Part shown: positions 24,081-36,507 of the stretch, one piece after another
How the letters are laid out: each line of letters opens with the position of its first letter
How positions within the stretch are numbered: position 1 is the stretch's first letter
Origin: Corallochytrium limacisporum Hawaii
Taxonomy: Eukaryota > Protista > Pluriformea
DNA length: 64,000 nt
Direction of reading: 5' to 3'
Assembly: GCA_002811645.1 (NCBI GenBank)
Contig: PDIP01000145.1
Location: 64,772 to 128,771, forward strand
The notes under the pieces: generated by a model
The model's database searches: none
Told to the model about the DNA's origin: nothing
Seen by the model: only the letters and a program-made list of their open reading frames with translations
Made by a program: the position numbers and the translations under genes

Positions 24081-27050
24081 GCATATTAAGTGTATGTAAC
24101 AGACGAGCACGGGTTTCTGGTGGGGTTCGTCCGCTGCTACTTGTTAAATTATTGCTGGGGACCGATCGACCGCTCCCGTAACATCCTCCACCCTTCTGTA
24201 GAATGGGACTCTCTATTCAATCGACATTCCACAGGGACGATACTGCGAAAATGGGGAAAGAAAAGCATCGTTCCAGCATGCCGGTGCGCTTCGATTTGAC
24301 GTGAAAGTGAAAGCAACTACGTGTTTGCATATACCGTTGTTTGACATTGAATCTTCGCAGGCCCCTTGCTAGATTATCAAGTGCCACGGCCCGAGGATTC
24401 ATAGAGCACACATTCTTTCCTAAGCGTTCCACTGTTGTGTGTTTCTCTCAGAACATTGCAAATCTTTGAGCCCTTTTTTTGCCACTGAACGTAGATTTAC
24501 TACGGCCACTCCCCTCCTGCCATATACAGCAGGTTCTGACGCACGCAGTCACTGAGACAAGCGAGGGGGGCAGGCGCCGAGGAAAAGAAAGTTTTTCTCT
24601 ATTCTGATCCTCCTCCCCCGCCGAGTGGCGCACCGCGATTCGCCACAACCAACGGGTCCATGATGTAACAAAATGTCGTTGTAAAGGAACACAAAGTACA
24701 CACTAACTGTGCAGATGTGCGATGGACAGCGACTCGAGCGGACGGGACTAGTGGAACGAGTAAGCAGCGGTACACAATGTTTGGGTGGAAGTGGAGGTAG
24801 CGATGGACTTTCACCACCGGGGAGAAGGAACTGGGGGGCGGGCGAAACGCAAAAAAAACATTAGACGCACACCTTCTTTTTTCGTTCTTTTCTAATGACC
24901 TGATGGTGATTTCCTTCTCAATGGCCACCAATGTCTTCCTTCCAAACCTCCCCCCCCCCCCCCCGGCAGTCTCCATAGGGGAAGACTAACAACGTCTGCG
25001 CTACGTCCGCTGATCTCTGAGTGTGTGGGTGGGAGCTTCCCCAATGGAATGGAAGAAACTTCAACCTGGGTTGGTGAGAGAGCGAGAGAAAAACATTGTT
25101 TTTCCCTTGTATGTGTGTGTGTGTGTGGTTCGGTGGAATACCTGTGGCTCCCACTTCCAGCAAGTAAGGGAAGGAGGCCAAAAGGCGAGTTTGTTAGCTT
25201 TTATGCGACAACCCCTATGATACATAGTAAAGAGAATGGGAGGGACAGACTTGTTCTTTTCTTTCCTTTCTGAGACAAGAAATAGCCAGAGCGGTGGCAG
25301 TTGGGCGAGGGCAAATAGCGCAGAAGCGATCCCCCTAAAAAAAAAAAGTTTTGAGTTGCGCTCCCTAAGTTTCGCCAAAATAAAGAAGAGAGACTCATTT
25401 TTGCAACCTCTTCATCTGCTCGCGCAACGTACCATGCTCCGAGACAAACGAATGAGGCTGAGGGTTCCGGAGGCCTATGATGTTACGGCCGGTGCTATCG
25501 ATGGGCATGCCTTGTGGTGAGTGCGATGGCGGCTCCAAGGGAGGGATAAGTGGAGACACGAGGCCTTCCTGTCCACTGATGAACGGTGTCCCTTCCCCTT
25601 TCCCCTTTCCCTCCCCCCTCTCCCCTGGCACTGAAAGTGGTAGTTTCACTGCGCAGTGGGACCCCCTTTCCCCCCTTTCCCCCATCCCCCTGGAACCCGG
25701 CCGGGGGGCGGGGGGGGGGGGGGGGGGAGAGAGAGAGAAAGAGCGAAAGGGGGAACCAGGGTGAAATGTGTTTTCCCCAGGTCCACCACTTCCCACTTGC
25801 CTCTTCCTCTCCCAAAAAAAAACTCTTCTGAACAAAATTTGACTACTCATTTAGTATTGAGGAGACACGCAGGAAGAGTTTTTTTTTTGGCCGGATGAAA
25901 AGGCAGAGCGGTGGTGCGGTGCCCCTCCGTAGGCGCCGGGAAGGGAGAAAAGGGGAATCCAGAAGGAAAAAAAAGAAAGAGGGGAAGAGGCGAGGAGAGG
26001 TGGGAGACGACGGTCCAGAACCCCGCGGCGGCGGGGGAGGGGGGGGACTTGGGCGAGGGGAGAGTTGGGGGGACCCCGGGAAGGAGGGGAGGGGGGGGGA
26101 AAGGGGAGTTACCCAAGCGCACACGGGATATACTACTACTCTTGTCTCCCCCCCCTTCTTTTTCCTCTTGCACTTTACCTTTTCCCCCTTTTCCCCCCCC
26201 CTCCCCCACTTTACCGGATGGTGTTTTTGGGCGCGGCCTGTTTGGAAGGGAAGGGGTGCGCCTCTCTTCACCGTACACTCAGGCAAGAGGCGAAAGATCA
26301 AGCGGTACCATCGATGAAGGGCCCTCTCGACACACAAACACTCAAACACACACCCTACGCTGTTGGTCAAATGGCCCTTTGTAACCCTTCCCCCTCTTTT
26401 TTTAATCGGTGCAGCGGATCGCAAACAAGAGCGGTGTATGTGTATGTGGATGTCAGAGTGTAGCTGATTCCCATTTGTTCGCCTCTTTTCACCTCTTGTC
26501 TCTCTGAGTCGAGATTGTGGGGCCCTTTTCCCTCCCTGAGTACCAGCCAGCCATAGTCTATAGATACATAGAGGCGTTGGTGACACCAAGAACCCATTAA
26601 GACTTTTGGAGAATGTTTTGGGAATGTTGGCGCGATGCCACCGGGATACTTTGGTATTTAAGAACAGAAGGGTATAGAAGTGATCATAGTGATAGAAACT
26701 GATCGAATTGTATGTAATTATTTACAAAACAGCGACCATAATATTTCAAAGCGAACTTTAGCTATTTTAGCAAGTCACAAGCAGATTACAAGGCGAATAA
26801 GCAAAGCATCAGCCCAAGGTCTCAGCATCTTCCAGTCTTCCTGAAAGAGTCTCCGGAACGGAAATAGCCACCATTAGTGCCATCAAAGTAAACCGCAGCC
26901 TCTTCACGATCACCTGCCACGACAGTGTGAAGCATTTCTGACAGTAGGAACTTCCTTGATTATCAAAAAACACAACCCAACTCTCCGTAACGTACATTCT
27001 TCAACCACCCACCCTTCCCTTAGGATAGTAATTTTCACATCATCACAGTT

Positions 27051-28787
27051 ATGAACCACGGGAATTTGAGCCAAGCACCAATCGAGGAAATCCACCGCAA
27101 GCTTCAGCAGCCACTGTCAGAAATCAGCTTCCGCCGTGATGGCAGTTGTAAGCGTACATTAGTGGCCGCTGAAGAGGAACCGATTTCCGAACCCTACACA
27201 GTACTCAACCATGGTATCCGCGACCCCTCTGGCCGCGCCCTGGTTAACGGCATCCAACTCGTCGAGTCTTCGGTGCGTGATTTGAACCGTCTGCTGGCAG
27301 AGGCAAATCTTACCGAGTGTGAAAGCCGTGGCATTAAGCGCTGCCGCCGTCAGGTGCGCAACCGCTTTGCAGCACAGATGTGCCGCCGCAAGAAGCGCAT
27401 GCGCAAGCAGCAGTCCCAGCAGGCCCAGGCCCATGGTGCTCCCTACGGACACCATGCCCACCACCCCGCTGCGCACCACCACCACCCTGGCCACCCTCTG
27501 GGAGCCGTGAGTAGCCAGCACAGCCTGTACTCCGCCTCAGACTGCTCTGAGTCTGTCAGTGCCAACCTCGACAACATCGACACCGGCAGTGACGCCAGTC
27601 TGCAGGGCCACGGTGCCACTGTTGCTGACCAGCGCTGCAGTCTGGAGCAGATCATGAACGACCTCGCTCACCGCGACCGCGTCATGCAGCACCATGCTCA
27701 GCATCCTGCCGCCCGCCATCACCACCACCCCTCTGGCCACCACTTCACTGCCCACCAAGCCGTGACTCGTAGCAGTGGCAGCCACGAACTGTTCTTCACC
27801 GAATTCGACGCCACCCAAGCCCGGACCTTCAACGCTCCGCAGCAGTTTGGCCTGAACCAGGCCCAGCCTTCCGCTGGCGCCGGTATCATGAGCCATCTGA
27901 GTGACACCTTCAGCCACAAGGTGGATCTGCAGCAGGCCGCTCAGCAGCAGCACCATGTTGCTGCCCAGCAGCAGGCTGTGGCACAGACGCCACCCCAGCA
28001 ACAGCAGGCATCACCCATTGGACACCAGCAGCAGCAGGCCGCCCCTTTTGGCCAGCAGGCACACTCTCCCGTCCAGCATCAGGCTCAGCAGCAGGCCCGT
28101 TCCCAGTGGCCCAACGTGGATTTGGAGCACATCCTCCACCGTCCCCCCACAGGGACTGACCCCAAGGCGGCGGCCGTCCACGGCCACAGCCACAGCCACC
28201 CTGCTTCACCACAGAGCCTCCCCGGCGCCGCTCCGAACGTAGTGGACACCACCCAGCACCGCCAGTCCCTGTCCGAGCAGCACCCAAAAGGTGAGCAGCA
28301 GCTGCAGCAAGCGTCTGCTGTTGCAGCTGCTAGCCCGTCCAGCAACTCTGTGCACACCACCAACCCCACTGATCCCAACAGTCCCGCTGCCCTCGTGCCT
28401 GGTGACTCCCAGTCCCAGACCAGCAGCGCCCTGAAGTTTGACTCCGGCCACCCCAACAACCACTGCAAGTGCTCCTGCGGCTGCAAGGGCCAGTGCGGCA
28501 ACTGCCTCTCTGGAAACTTCCCTGTGTACAGCCCGAAGAGCGCCAGCAACCCTGCTGATCTGTTCGTCGCGACTGCTGCCAAGAGCGAGTCCACACCAGA
28601 CAACTTCGGCTTTGGAGGGAACGTTGTCGTCAACGAGTCCAAGTCTCTGGGCTCTGTCAGCAGCCTGCAGACCCATGAAGATGTGAAGCCGTTTGTCTTT
28701 CCCATGACTGACATCGGCGGCGAGTCTGAGACCAGCCCCGGTTCTCAGCGCCTGAGCGGTGCCGGTCCGATGAGCGTCCACGGCTAA
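27051..28787 (+). CDS. bZIP_Maf/CNC-like basic-region transcription factor lacking a leucine zipper (SKN-1-like architecture), Q/H-rich, with a Cys cluster
   Basis: 578 aa ORF with strong C/G third-position bias. aa 70-116 (LVESSVRDLNRLLAEANLTECESRGIKRCRRQVRNRFAAQMCRRKKR) match the Maf/CNC extended homology region plus basic region (NxxAAQxCR). HCKCSCGCKGQCGNC lies near the C-terminus. Confidence 0.85.
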   Translation: MNHGNLSQAPIEEIHRKLQQPLSEISFRRDGSCKRTLVAAEEEPISEPYTVLNHGIRDPSGRALVNGIQLVESSVRDLNRLLAEANLTECESRGIKRCRRQVRNRFAAQMCRRKKRMRKQQSQQAQAHGAPYGHHAHHPAAHHHHPGHPLGAVSSQHSLYSASDCSESVSANLDNIDTGSDASLQGHGATVADQRCSLEQIMNDLAHRDRVMQHHAQHPAARHHHHPSGHHFTAHQAVTRSSGSHELFFTEFDATQARTFNAPQQFGLNQAQPSAGAGIMSHLSDTFSHKVDLQQAAQQQHHVAAQQQAVAQTPPQQQQASPIGHQQQQAAPFGQQAHSPVQHQAQQQARSQWPNVDLEHILHRPPTGTDPKAAAVHGHSHSHPASPQSLPGAAPNVVDTTQHRQSLSEQHPKGEQQLQQASAVAAASPSSNSVHTTNPTDPNSPAALVPGDSQSQTSSALKFDSGHPNNHCKCSCGCKGQCGNCLSGNFPVYSPKSASNPADLFVATAAKSESTPDNFGFGGNVVVNESKSLGSVSSLQTHEDVKPFVFPMTDIGGESETSPGSQRLSGAGPMSVHG

Positions 28788-31700
28788 AGCACAACTTCAT
28801 GACAATATATGAAAAACGGACTAGGATTTTTTCACAACCCCACCCCCCCCTTTATCACCGACTTCCTTCGTGAGTGTAAATCTGAGAAAAGCTTCTACTT
28901 TTTTTTTTCTGAGAGCAAGAAAGGAAAAGAAAAGAAGAAGTACTTGCCAGAGAAACACACGAAACAAAATAGTGGCGAAGGAAGTTTTCGACACCAACCA
29001 GTTCATCACCCATAACGCCAAACCTACCACTAACGGCCCCCCCCCCTGCACCACCACCACCCCCCTCCCCACACCTCACAACCCGAGAGTTCCCCAACGG
29101 TGTGTTCCATACGCTCGGTTCCCCATCATTTGGCCAGCGCAACCTTTGGACTCGGAGTGTTTTTCATTATTTTTTCCCTTGGTGTGTGTGTGTGTTGTGT
29201 GTGTGCTGTGCCGCGATCACCCCCGAATTTCACATTAAAAAATAACGAATGAAGAAATCCCTCTGCCCACAAAACCAAAACCACCACAAAGTTTCTTTTC
29301 TTTTTTTTAGCAACTCTTCACGACATTGCCAATCACAAAACAACGGACTACCTACGTTGTTTTGCAAGGCTCAGCACAAGATTTTCTTTTTTTTTTTTTC
29401 GGTTTGACATGGCATCAGGCCCCCCTCTCCCCAAGAGCCTGCTTGGCCTTCCATCTAATTTTCCTTGGCCACAAACTTTTTTTACATTGGTGGGCTGCTG
29501 GCTCCTTGGCGCCACACAAGGCAAGCAAGGAAAGAAAAAAAGGAAGAAAACTAAGAAGAAAAACCATAGGCCAATCAACATACAGAAGAGATAAGCCTGG
29601 CCCTAAGTGACAAATACATAAAGAATCTTCCAACCAAAAGACCACAACAATGTGCAACACACCCCTCTACGCACTCTCCCTACACAACAGCATTCGGTGT
29701 ATCAATCTCTTCGGTTTAATTCCTATTATCTTTACTTCCATTCATTAACTATTAAAAACCCGAAACTTCACTGCCGGGACAAAAATAGCAGTCCATAGAT
29801 AACGGCCATCACTGAGCGGGCCGGGAAACCCCCCCCCCTCTTTCCTTCCCAAAGCGAAAGCCCGGAAGTGGAACCCCCCCCCCCCCCCGGGTGCCCGCTT
29901 GGGACACCCAACCCTGAAAATCTTTTCCTCTCTTTGTTTTTTTCTTTGGTGTTTTGTGTTTTATTTTTTTCTTGGCCCGGTTCTAAGCAGCACAAGCGGT
30001 GCAGGAGGATGGGGAGATGATGATGGTGATGATGATGGTGATGATGATCGGAGAGACAGGAAAAGGAGTTAAGAGAAATGGGAAAAACGAGGCGCGCGCG
30101 CGTGCCATCAAAGTCAGTCAGTCAGTCAGTCAGTCAGCCACAGCCCAGTCAGTCAGCGTGTCGGTCAGCGAAAGTTCACAAAGCAACGAAGAGGACAGGG
30201 ACGAGAGGAAAAGATTTTCAGGGTTNNNNNNNNNNNNNNNNNNNNNNNNNNNNNNNNNNNNNNNNNNNNNNNNNNNNNNNNNNNNNNNNNNNNNNNNNNN
30301 NNNNNNNNNNNNNNNNNNNNNNNNNNNNNNNNNNNNNNNNNNNNNNNNNNNNNNNNNNNNNNNNNNNNNNNNNNNNNNNNNNNNNNNNNNNNNNNNNNNN
30401 NNNNNNNNNNNNNNNNNNNNNNNNNNNNNNNGGGGGGGGGAGGGGAAGAAAGAAGTCCCGAGTGTGAGAGACAACAGCGGCAGAAGTAGGAGTGATGAGA
30501 GCGTGTGTGTCTTGTGTGTTTGTGTGTGAGTTTTGATCGCCATCTCTCCCCTCCCCGCTCCTGCTCAAACAGTCTTTCGAGGTTAGGAAAAAGGATAAAA
30601 GAAATTTGGGGAAGCGCGGGGAAGTGGGGAAGGAGGCGGGTTTAGGCGGGATGGACAAAAAAGGGATTGGCTGGCGCGGTCAAAAGGAACGCGGCAAAAA
30701 AATGGAAAACTTGGAAATAAGGCGAAAGGGACAAAAACAAAAAACGAAAGAAAAAAAAAGAAAAAACCCCTTCTTTTACTTCCCCAGCAAAGCAAGGAAA
30801 TAAGGGCCAAACGCAAGAACAGACACCGCACTCCCGAAGAAGCCCCACCCACACGCAGAACCACAAGTGAAATGACAAGGTCCAGAGTGGAACACTCCCT
30901 TTTTTTTCACGAGGATTGGACACATCCTTGAGGATGATGATGCGGCGTACGGCGGCTGGTAAGTGCGCAACATGTTGTCGCGATGGTGTGTGCTGCTGGT
31001 GGATTATGTAACGTCGCTTGTCCATGGTTTTGATACGAGTTTGGACGAGCGCGCAAGCCTTCTTCTCCACATGTCTTTGGGTTACTTTTTTAGTTTTCTG
31101 GTTTCCGTACGCGTACTGGCAGTGACTTCCGCATGACCACCACGCACTTGGGTGTTTCATCATGCCGGTTTCTTATTTCTACCGTTGTTTGCGATGCAAT
31201 ATCCCTCAGCTGCGGTTGGACCCGGTCCGGTTTTGTTGGCGTGCCTGCCCCAATCCAAACGGCCGCGTTTTGGCACTTCGGGTGGTGGGGTGGGGGGGGG
31301 GACACCCGCCACATCGCTTCCTCTCTGATCATCAGCTACGATCATCGTCTAGCGAAACGCGAAATCCCACATGCCCGCCCGTCCCATCCCCCATCCAATC
31401 CCATCCAATCCATCCATCCATCAAGCCATCCAATCCATCCATCACGATCTATCCTACGGTGCACACACACACACAAATGTACATACACGTATGGCACCAA
31501 AGCACAATCTCGTCCGCTCCGCCACCCTTCCCCAAGCCCGCCGGTATCGGCACACCACCCACTCACCACCGGCACGGAACACACACACACACACACACCC
31601 ATCCAACAAACACGCACTTCTCCCCGCAGCACCGCAAGTAAGAGTTCGGAGACGTCCGAGTCCGTGGATGTTGATCATCCATTGCTGTTCTTCGGTATAG

Positions 31701-34146
31701 TTCTCCTTGGCCCTCGGCGTCGGCGCTTCGTTGCTGGGTCCCCGTGTGGCAGTGGGAAGTGATTTGTGGTTGGGAAGGAATCTCCGAGGGGGGGTCCCGC
31801 CGGACAGCAAATGAGAAAAGGACCCACCACCGGACCCCACCTCTCCTCACCTTTTCTCCGTGACGTTTACAAACCGACGCACCCGCTCCGCCACCTCTTG
31901 GTCTCTCCTAGACGGGCACACCTGCCCGTGGTGGCGAGGGGAGGAGTGTGTACAGTGCCCGCGATGTTCTCGCGCGGGGTTCACACTGTGTGGCCGCATT
32001 GTTGATTTCTCAACAACCGTCGCATTGTGTAGGTACCGCAAAAAAAGTTAGAGGGACAATAGAATGTGGGAGAGGGAGAGAGAGAGAGAGAGAGAAGGAG
32101 AGCATGTGTGTGTGTGTATTGCATGCGTGTTGCATGTGCGATGCGTTCCATCGCGTTATCGCTTGCATGTTTGCCACCTGGCCTTCCCTGTTCCTTTCGC
32201 CCCGTGCTACGGGGTCTACGGTGTATACCAACAACCAATCTCTGCGTCCGTTTCGGTTCGTGCGCCTGTTTTATTTGGGTCGTCAGGCTATCGTTTTCGT
32301 CGAGTCTTCGGTACTGGACTTTCTCACGCTCTTGCTTTGTGAAGCGCACCTGTGGTTGTGGTGAAGAGCAACAATTTTTTTTTGTTTGAAATAAAAAAAA
32401 CCGCCAGCCGTTGGTATGTATTTCTTTTTTTCTTGTAGGCGGTGTGTGGTTGTACTGCTGCTGCTGTTGAACAACTGAACAAAAGAGAGAGAGAGAGAGT
32501 GAGAGGAGGAGAGAGAGAGACAGAGGGAGGAGTTAGCTTGGTTGCAGTACCTTCTGCAAGTTCTCTATCCCCCACTTCGTTTCCCTTACCTTCTTATGCA
32601 CTGCACACCATAGGCAAAAACCCGGACCATGCAAACGAAAACCAGAAGACGGGCACACACTCACCACAGTGGAACCCGGCCCACTCTTTTGTGCCCTCGT
32701 AGTCCATTCTCCTTGCCCTTGTGTCTCGGAGTGACAAGTTGTCCCGCTGATCCCGCATTAAATTTTTTTCTTTCTTTGGTTTTAGGTTTCCATTGAAACC
32801 AATATGCTCCTTAAACCCACCGGCGGCGGCTTGGGAGAGGTTTCCGTTTGGTGTTGTAATTATCCTATATTTTTTTTCTTTAAGTTATGTGTGCTGTTGC
32901 TGTTGCCGTTGATTTGTTTTCGTTTTAGTTTCGGTGTCTTCCCTTTTTGTCTAAGCTCGAACCCTTCACGTCACCCACCCGGCTACCCACACACAGAGAC
33001 CAGCACACACAACCCTACCTTTTTTCTTAAGTATGTGTTGTGTGGGGAAGGGGTTTGGGGGAAGCGCGTTTGTTACCTCTTCCTTTGTTTTTTCTTCCTT
33101 TGTATTTTCTTCCTTTGTATTTTCTGCCCCTTCCTTTCTTTTTTTTTTTTGTTTTGCTACTCCCAAGTTGTTCTTCTGGCATGTCCCAACTCCTGCTTAC
33201 CAGCTCGTCTGAAACTGACACAGTTCGAAAGTTAGAAACTGCCACCATGGCCAGAGAGTTAGGTAGTAGAAACCGCCATTTTTAAGGTTCAGAAGGGGCC
33301 ACCATCGCGCACCACCCTCCCCCCCCGGGGGGGGCCCGGGGGAGTGGGAGAAGAAGAAAACGTTCCCCGAAGGTTGGGGGCTGGGGAGGGGAGGGTTGGA
33401 CCCAGACCCGGTAGAGCACGAACAAAGCAAAGAAAGAAAAAAAAAGGAAAAACAAAAAAAAAGTCTGTCATTTTTAACTATTTTTCATTCTTATCCTCTT
33501 GCCTCACTTCTTAAAAAAAAAGACTGTCAGTAAAAGGGAAAGTCGGGGGAGGACAGGACCCCAGGGAGACCCAATAAAAAAAAGAAAAAAATCCGAAGAC
33601 CAAAAAAAATAAGGAAGACTACGCGGCAGTTCGGGGAGAGAGAAGAGAGAGAGAGAGAAGGGGGGCCCAAAGGGAAAATTAAGAAAAGGGGAGAAAATGG
33701 CCGTAGGGGATGGAGAATTTTAAAATAAGGAATACAAGGGAAAAGAAAACGGAGGCCCACCTTTCCGGCACAGTTTTCAACCGAACGCGTGGGTCTGGTG
33801 TTCACATTTTCTTATGTTTGGCAGGAGGAGGGTGTAGAAAGGGGAGGGTGGGGGGGGGGGTAAACCAAAAGGGAGAGAGGGGAAGGCAAAGGTGTACGGG
33901 GGCATGCATTCCTCTGTCAGGGGAAGGGGTCCGAATTCCGGATAGTTCGGATGGCCTGTCTGACGGGAAGCCTTGGAATTACCCAAGGGGCAGCGGGAAC
34001 ACATGACACTTGCCCCAAAAAGTGTTAGAACTCATGACACGAGAACGCGTTGTCATTCGGACGGGGGTTCACCTGCGTGTCGATAGTTGGTGTCTTTGCC
34101 TGCAGCTCTACAACGTGGCAGGATGACAAGACGCGAGTGGCACACA

Positions 34147-34531
34147 GTGAGCGAGTGCGAGAGAGCGAGTGGCACACAGTGAGCGAGTGAGAGAGAGAGA
34201 GAGTGAGCGAGTGAGAGAGAGAGAGAGTGAGCGAGTGAGAGAGAGAGAGAGTGAGCGAGTGAGAGAGATAGAGAGTGAGCGAGTGAGAGAGAGAGAGAGT
34301 GAGCGNNNNNNNNNNNNNNNNNNNNNNNNNNNNNNNNNNNNNNNNNNNNNNNNNNNNNNNNNNNNNNNNNNNNNNNNNNNNNNNNNNNNNNNNNNNNNNN
34401 NNNNNNNNNNNNNNNNGAGAGTGAGAGAGAGAGAGAGTGAGAGAGAGAGAGAGAGAGAGAGTGAGCGAGTGAGAGAGAGAGAGAGTGAGCGAGTGAGAGA
34501 GAGAGAGAGTGAGCGAGTGAGAGAGAGAGAG
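34147..34531. repeat. 24-bp GA-rich minisatellite (GAGTGAGCGAGTGAGAGAGAGAGA)n spanning an assembly gap
   Basis: The unit is visible on both sides of the gap at 34306-34415. Confidence 0.9.
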
Positions 34532-35247
34532 AGGCAAAGGCAAACGAGGCAGCAGGGAATGAGGAACACAGATACACACACCCACGCATTTCACCCAGTG
34601 GACATATAAGTAAAATGTCAGCAATGGGGGGGGGCTGAGCGGCAGATTTTGTCTGTGTGTGTGTGTGGGGGGGGAGAGATGCGGGAGGAGCGACCGAGCC
34701 CGACTCTACAGAGCCGCAGGAAATAAAGTACCCAAGATACGCCCCACCCCGGTGTGGGGACAGTCCGAGATTAGCCTCCTGCGTGCCGCGTCGCTACCGT
34801 TGGTTTTTTTTACTGTGCAAGGATTTGGGATCAATCGCTACTTTGCAGGTGTGGTGTTCGTCTGTTCCAGATCTCCCGTTGTCGCATTGATCGGAAGCTT
34901 CTTCCAGGTGATGAAACTAGCCACGTCCATCAGTGCCGACGTTGAACTCATGGTGTAGTTCTCTCGAGATGGTGTTGGGGTCTCGAGGTGGCGAGAGGCT
35001 GAGCCCTTTGTGGGCAACCCATGGGTCAGGTAGTGATGTGCGTACAGGGATCGTCGTGGGTCTGCTGCAGAGCTAGGATGTGAAGGGTCAGCCGCCGCTG
35101 GTCTCATCACTTTGCATGCCCATTCCCTTCCAAAGCTTTCATCCACATGAAATTTATCAATATCAAATATACAAGGTTTATATAGTGAATGTGTTGTTTT
35201 CCCTTTCGTACAAGATTCTCTGCGCAATCTGCTGCACATTGAGTGGC

Positions 35248-36507
35248 TCAGAGCTCCTTTGTGCCGCCCGGATACTCTTCAGTGCCATTGGGGTAGAGGG
35301 CAAACCGTGGCTTGCGTCCGTGCGTGATCTCATCGCCGTCCCAGGGCCAGCCACCGAACTGGGTGCGCTGGTAGTCAGCAAACGCCTGCATGATCTCTTC
35401 CTGGGTGTTCATCACAAACGGTCCGCGCTTGGCGACGGGTTCACCTATCGGCTTGCCCTGGAGGAGCAGTAGATTCGCATCCCTCTCTGATCCGGGGTTG
35501 GTCACGGTCAGATCCTCCGTTGACACCAGTTCCACGGCGCCATACTCCTTGAGTGTCGGGGTCGAGCTGCAATCCAGATGTACGATACCATCCTGATCAC
35601 CTCCACGGTAGTGATAGAGAGAACGGTTGACACCCGCGATTGTGGCCTTGGGCAGCGTTATGGAAGCACCAGGTGCGAGCTTGATGATAAATACCGCCAC
35701 TCCCGACGCCGGATCCGCAGCCCAACTGCTCGGGGTCGGTTCCAAGGCTTTGACTCCGTGCAGCTCACCCGCGATCACGTCGACCACAGTTTTACCGTTG
35801 TCCTGGGTGTACCGCGGCAGCTCTTCCCGCCATAGCATTTTGTAGTGAGGATCCACCATCTTGGACTTGCGCGGAAGATTCAACCAGATCTGAAACAGTT
35901 CCAGCGGATTGTCCTTATCTGCGTGCACCAATGGGAACATTTCAGAATGCTGGACGCCCTTTCCGGCGGTCATCCACTGCGTATCATCTGCGCTGAAGCG
36001 TCCCTTGGCTCCGAGCGAGTCGCTGTGGTCGATGTAACCTTCCTTGACGACGGTGATTGTCTCAAAACCCCGATGTGGGTGGTGTGGAAAACCTGGCACT
36101 CTTTCTCCGTGGTACATTCGGAAGCCATTGCGCAGTTCAAAATCCATACCAATCTGACGGCCATAGAGCTGGTCCTTGTTTACGCCCATCGTGGGATTTC
36201 CCTGAGGATACTGGTCCCTGTGATGAACGCAGAATAGGAAAGGGTCCTGGGTTTGCCACGGGCTGAGACCCAGAGTCACGGTACGGATTACCTTACGAGT
36301 GGTACCGACTGCCATGTTGTCGACGTCCGATTCCGCAGTCTCCGTTACTATGGTTGTTGCGTTCCTGGTGCCAAAGAATTTGCTTGAGTTGATAGTGTAG
36401 ACGAGATAGAATGCAACAATCCCAACAAGAATTGATAAAGAGAAATTGTTGCGCGTACTTAGCCAAAATCTAGTGTCGCGACTAGTGCTATGCTTCTTCG
36501 GTTTCAT
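35248..36507 (-). CDS. Pirin family (bicupin) protein with an N-terminal hydrophobic anchor
   Basis: 419 aa. Motifs DPFLFCVHH, GFPHHPHRGFETIT, DHSDSLG, QWMTAGKGVQHSEMFP, FQIWLNLP, GKPIGEPVAKRGPFVMNT. The metal ligands HxH...HxE are intact. Hydrophobic stretch LSILVGIVAFYLVYTI near the N-terminus. Confidence 0.93.
   Translation of the reverse strand: MKPKKHSTSRDTRFWLSTRNNFSLSILVGIVAFYLVYTINSSKFFGTRNATTIVTETAESDVDNMAVGTTRKVIRTVTLGLSPWQTQDPFLFCVHHRDQYPQGNPTMGVNKDQLYGRQIGMDFELRNGFRMYHGERVPGFPHHPHRGFETITVVKEGYIDHSDSLGAKGRFSADDTQWMTAGKGVQHSEMFPLVHADKDNPLELFQIWLNLPRKSKMVDPHYKMLWREELPRYTQDNGKTVVDVIAGELHGVKALEPTPSSWAADPASGVAVFIIKLAPGASITLPKATIAGVNRSLYHYRGGDQDGIVHLDCSSTPTLKEYGAVELVSTEDLTVTNPGSERDANLLLLQGKPIGEPVAKRGPFVMNTQEEIMQAFADYQRTQFGGWPWDGDEITHGRKPRFALYPNGTEEYPGGTKEL

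Noticed and set aside
34147-34531. Regularly repeated units as a possible CRISPR array
   Set aside because: No unique spacers; a simple eukaryotic minisatellite.
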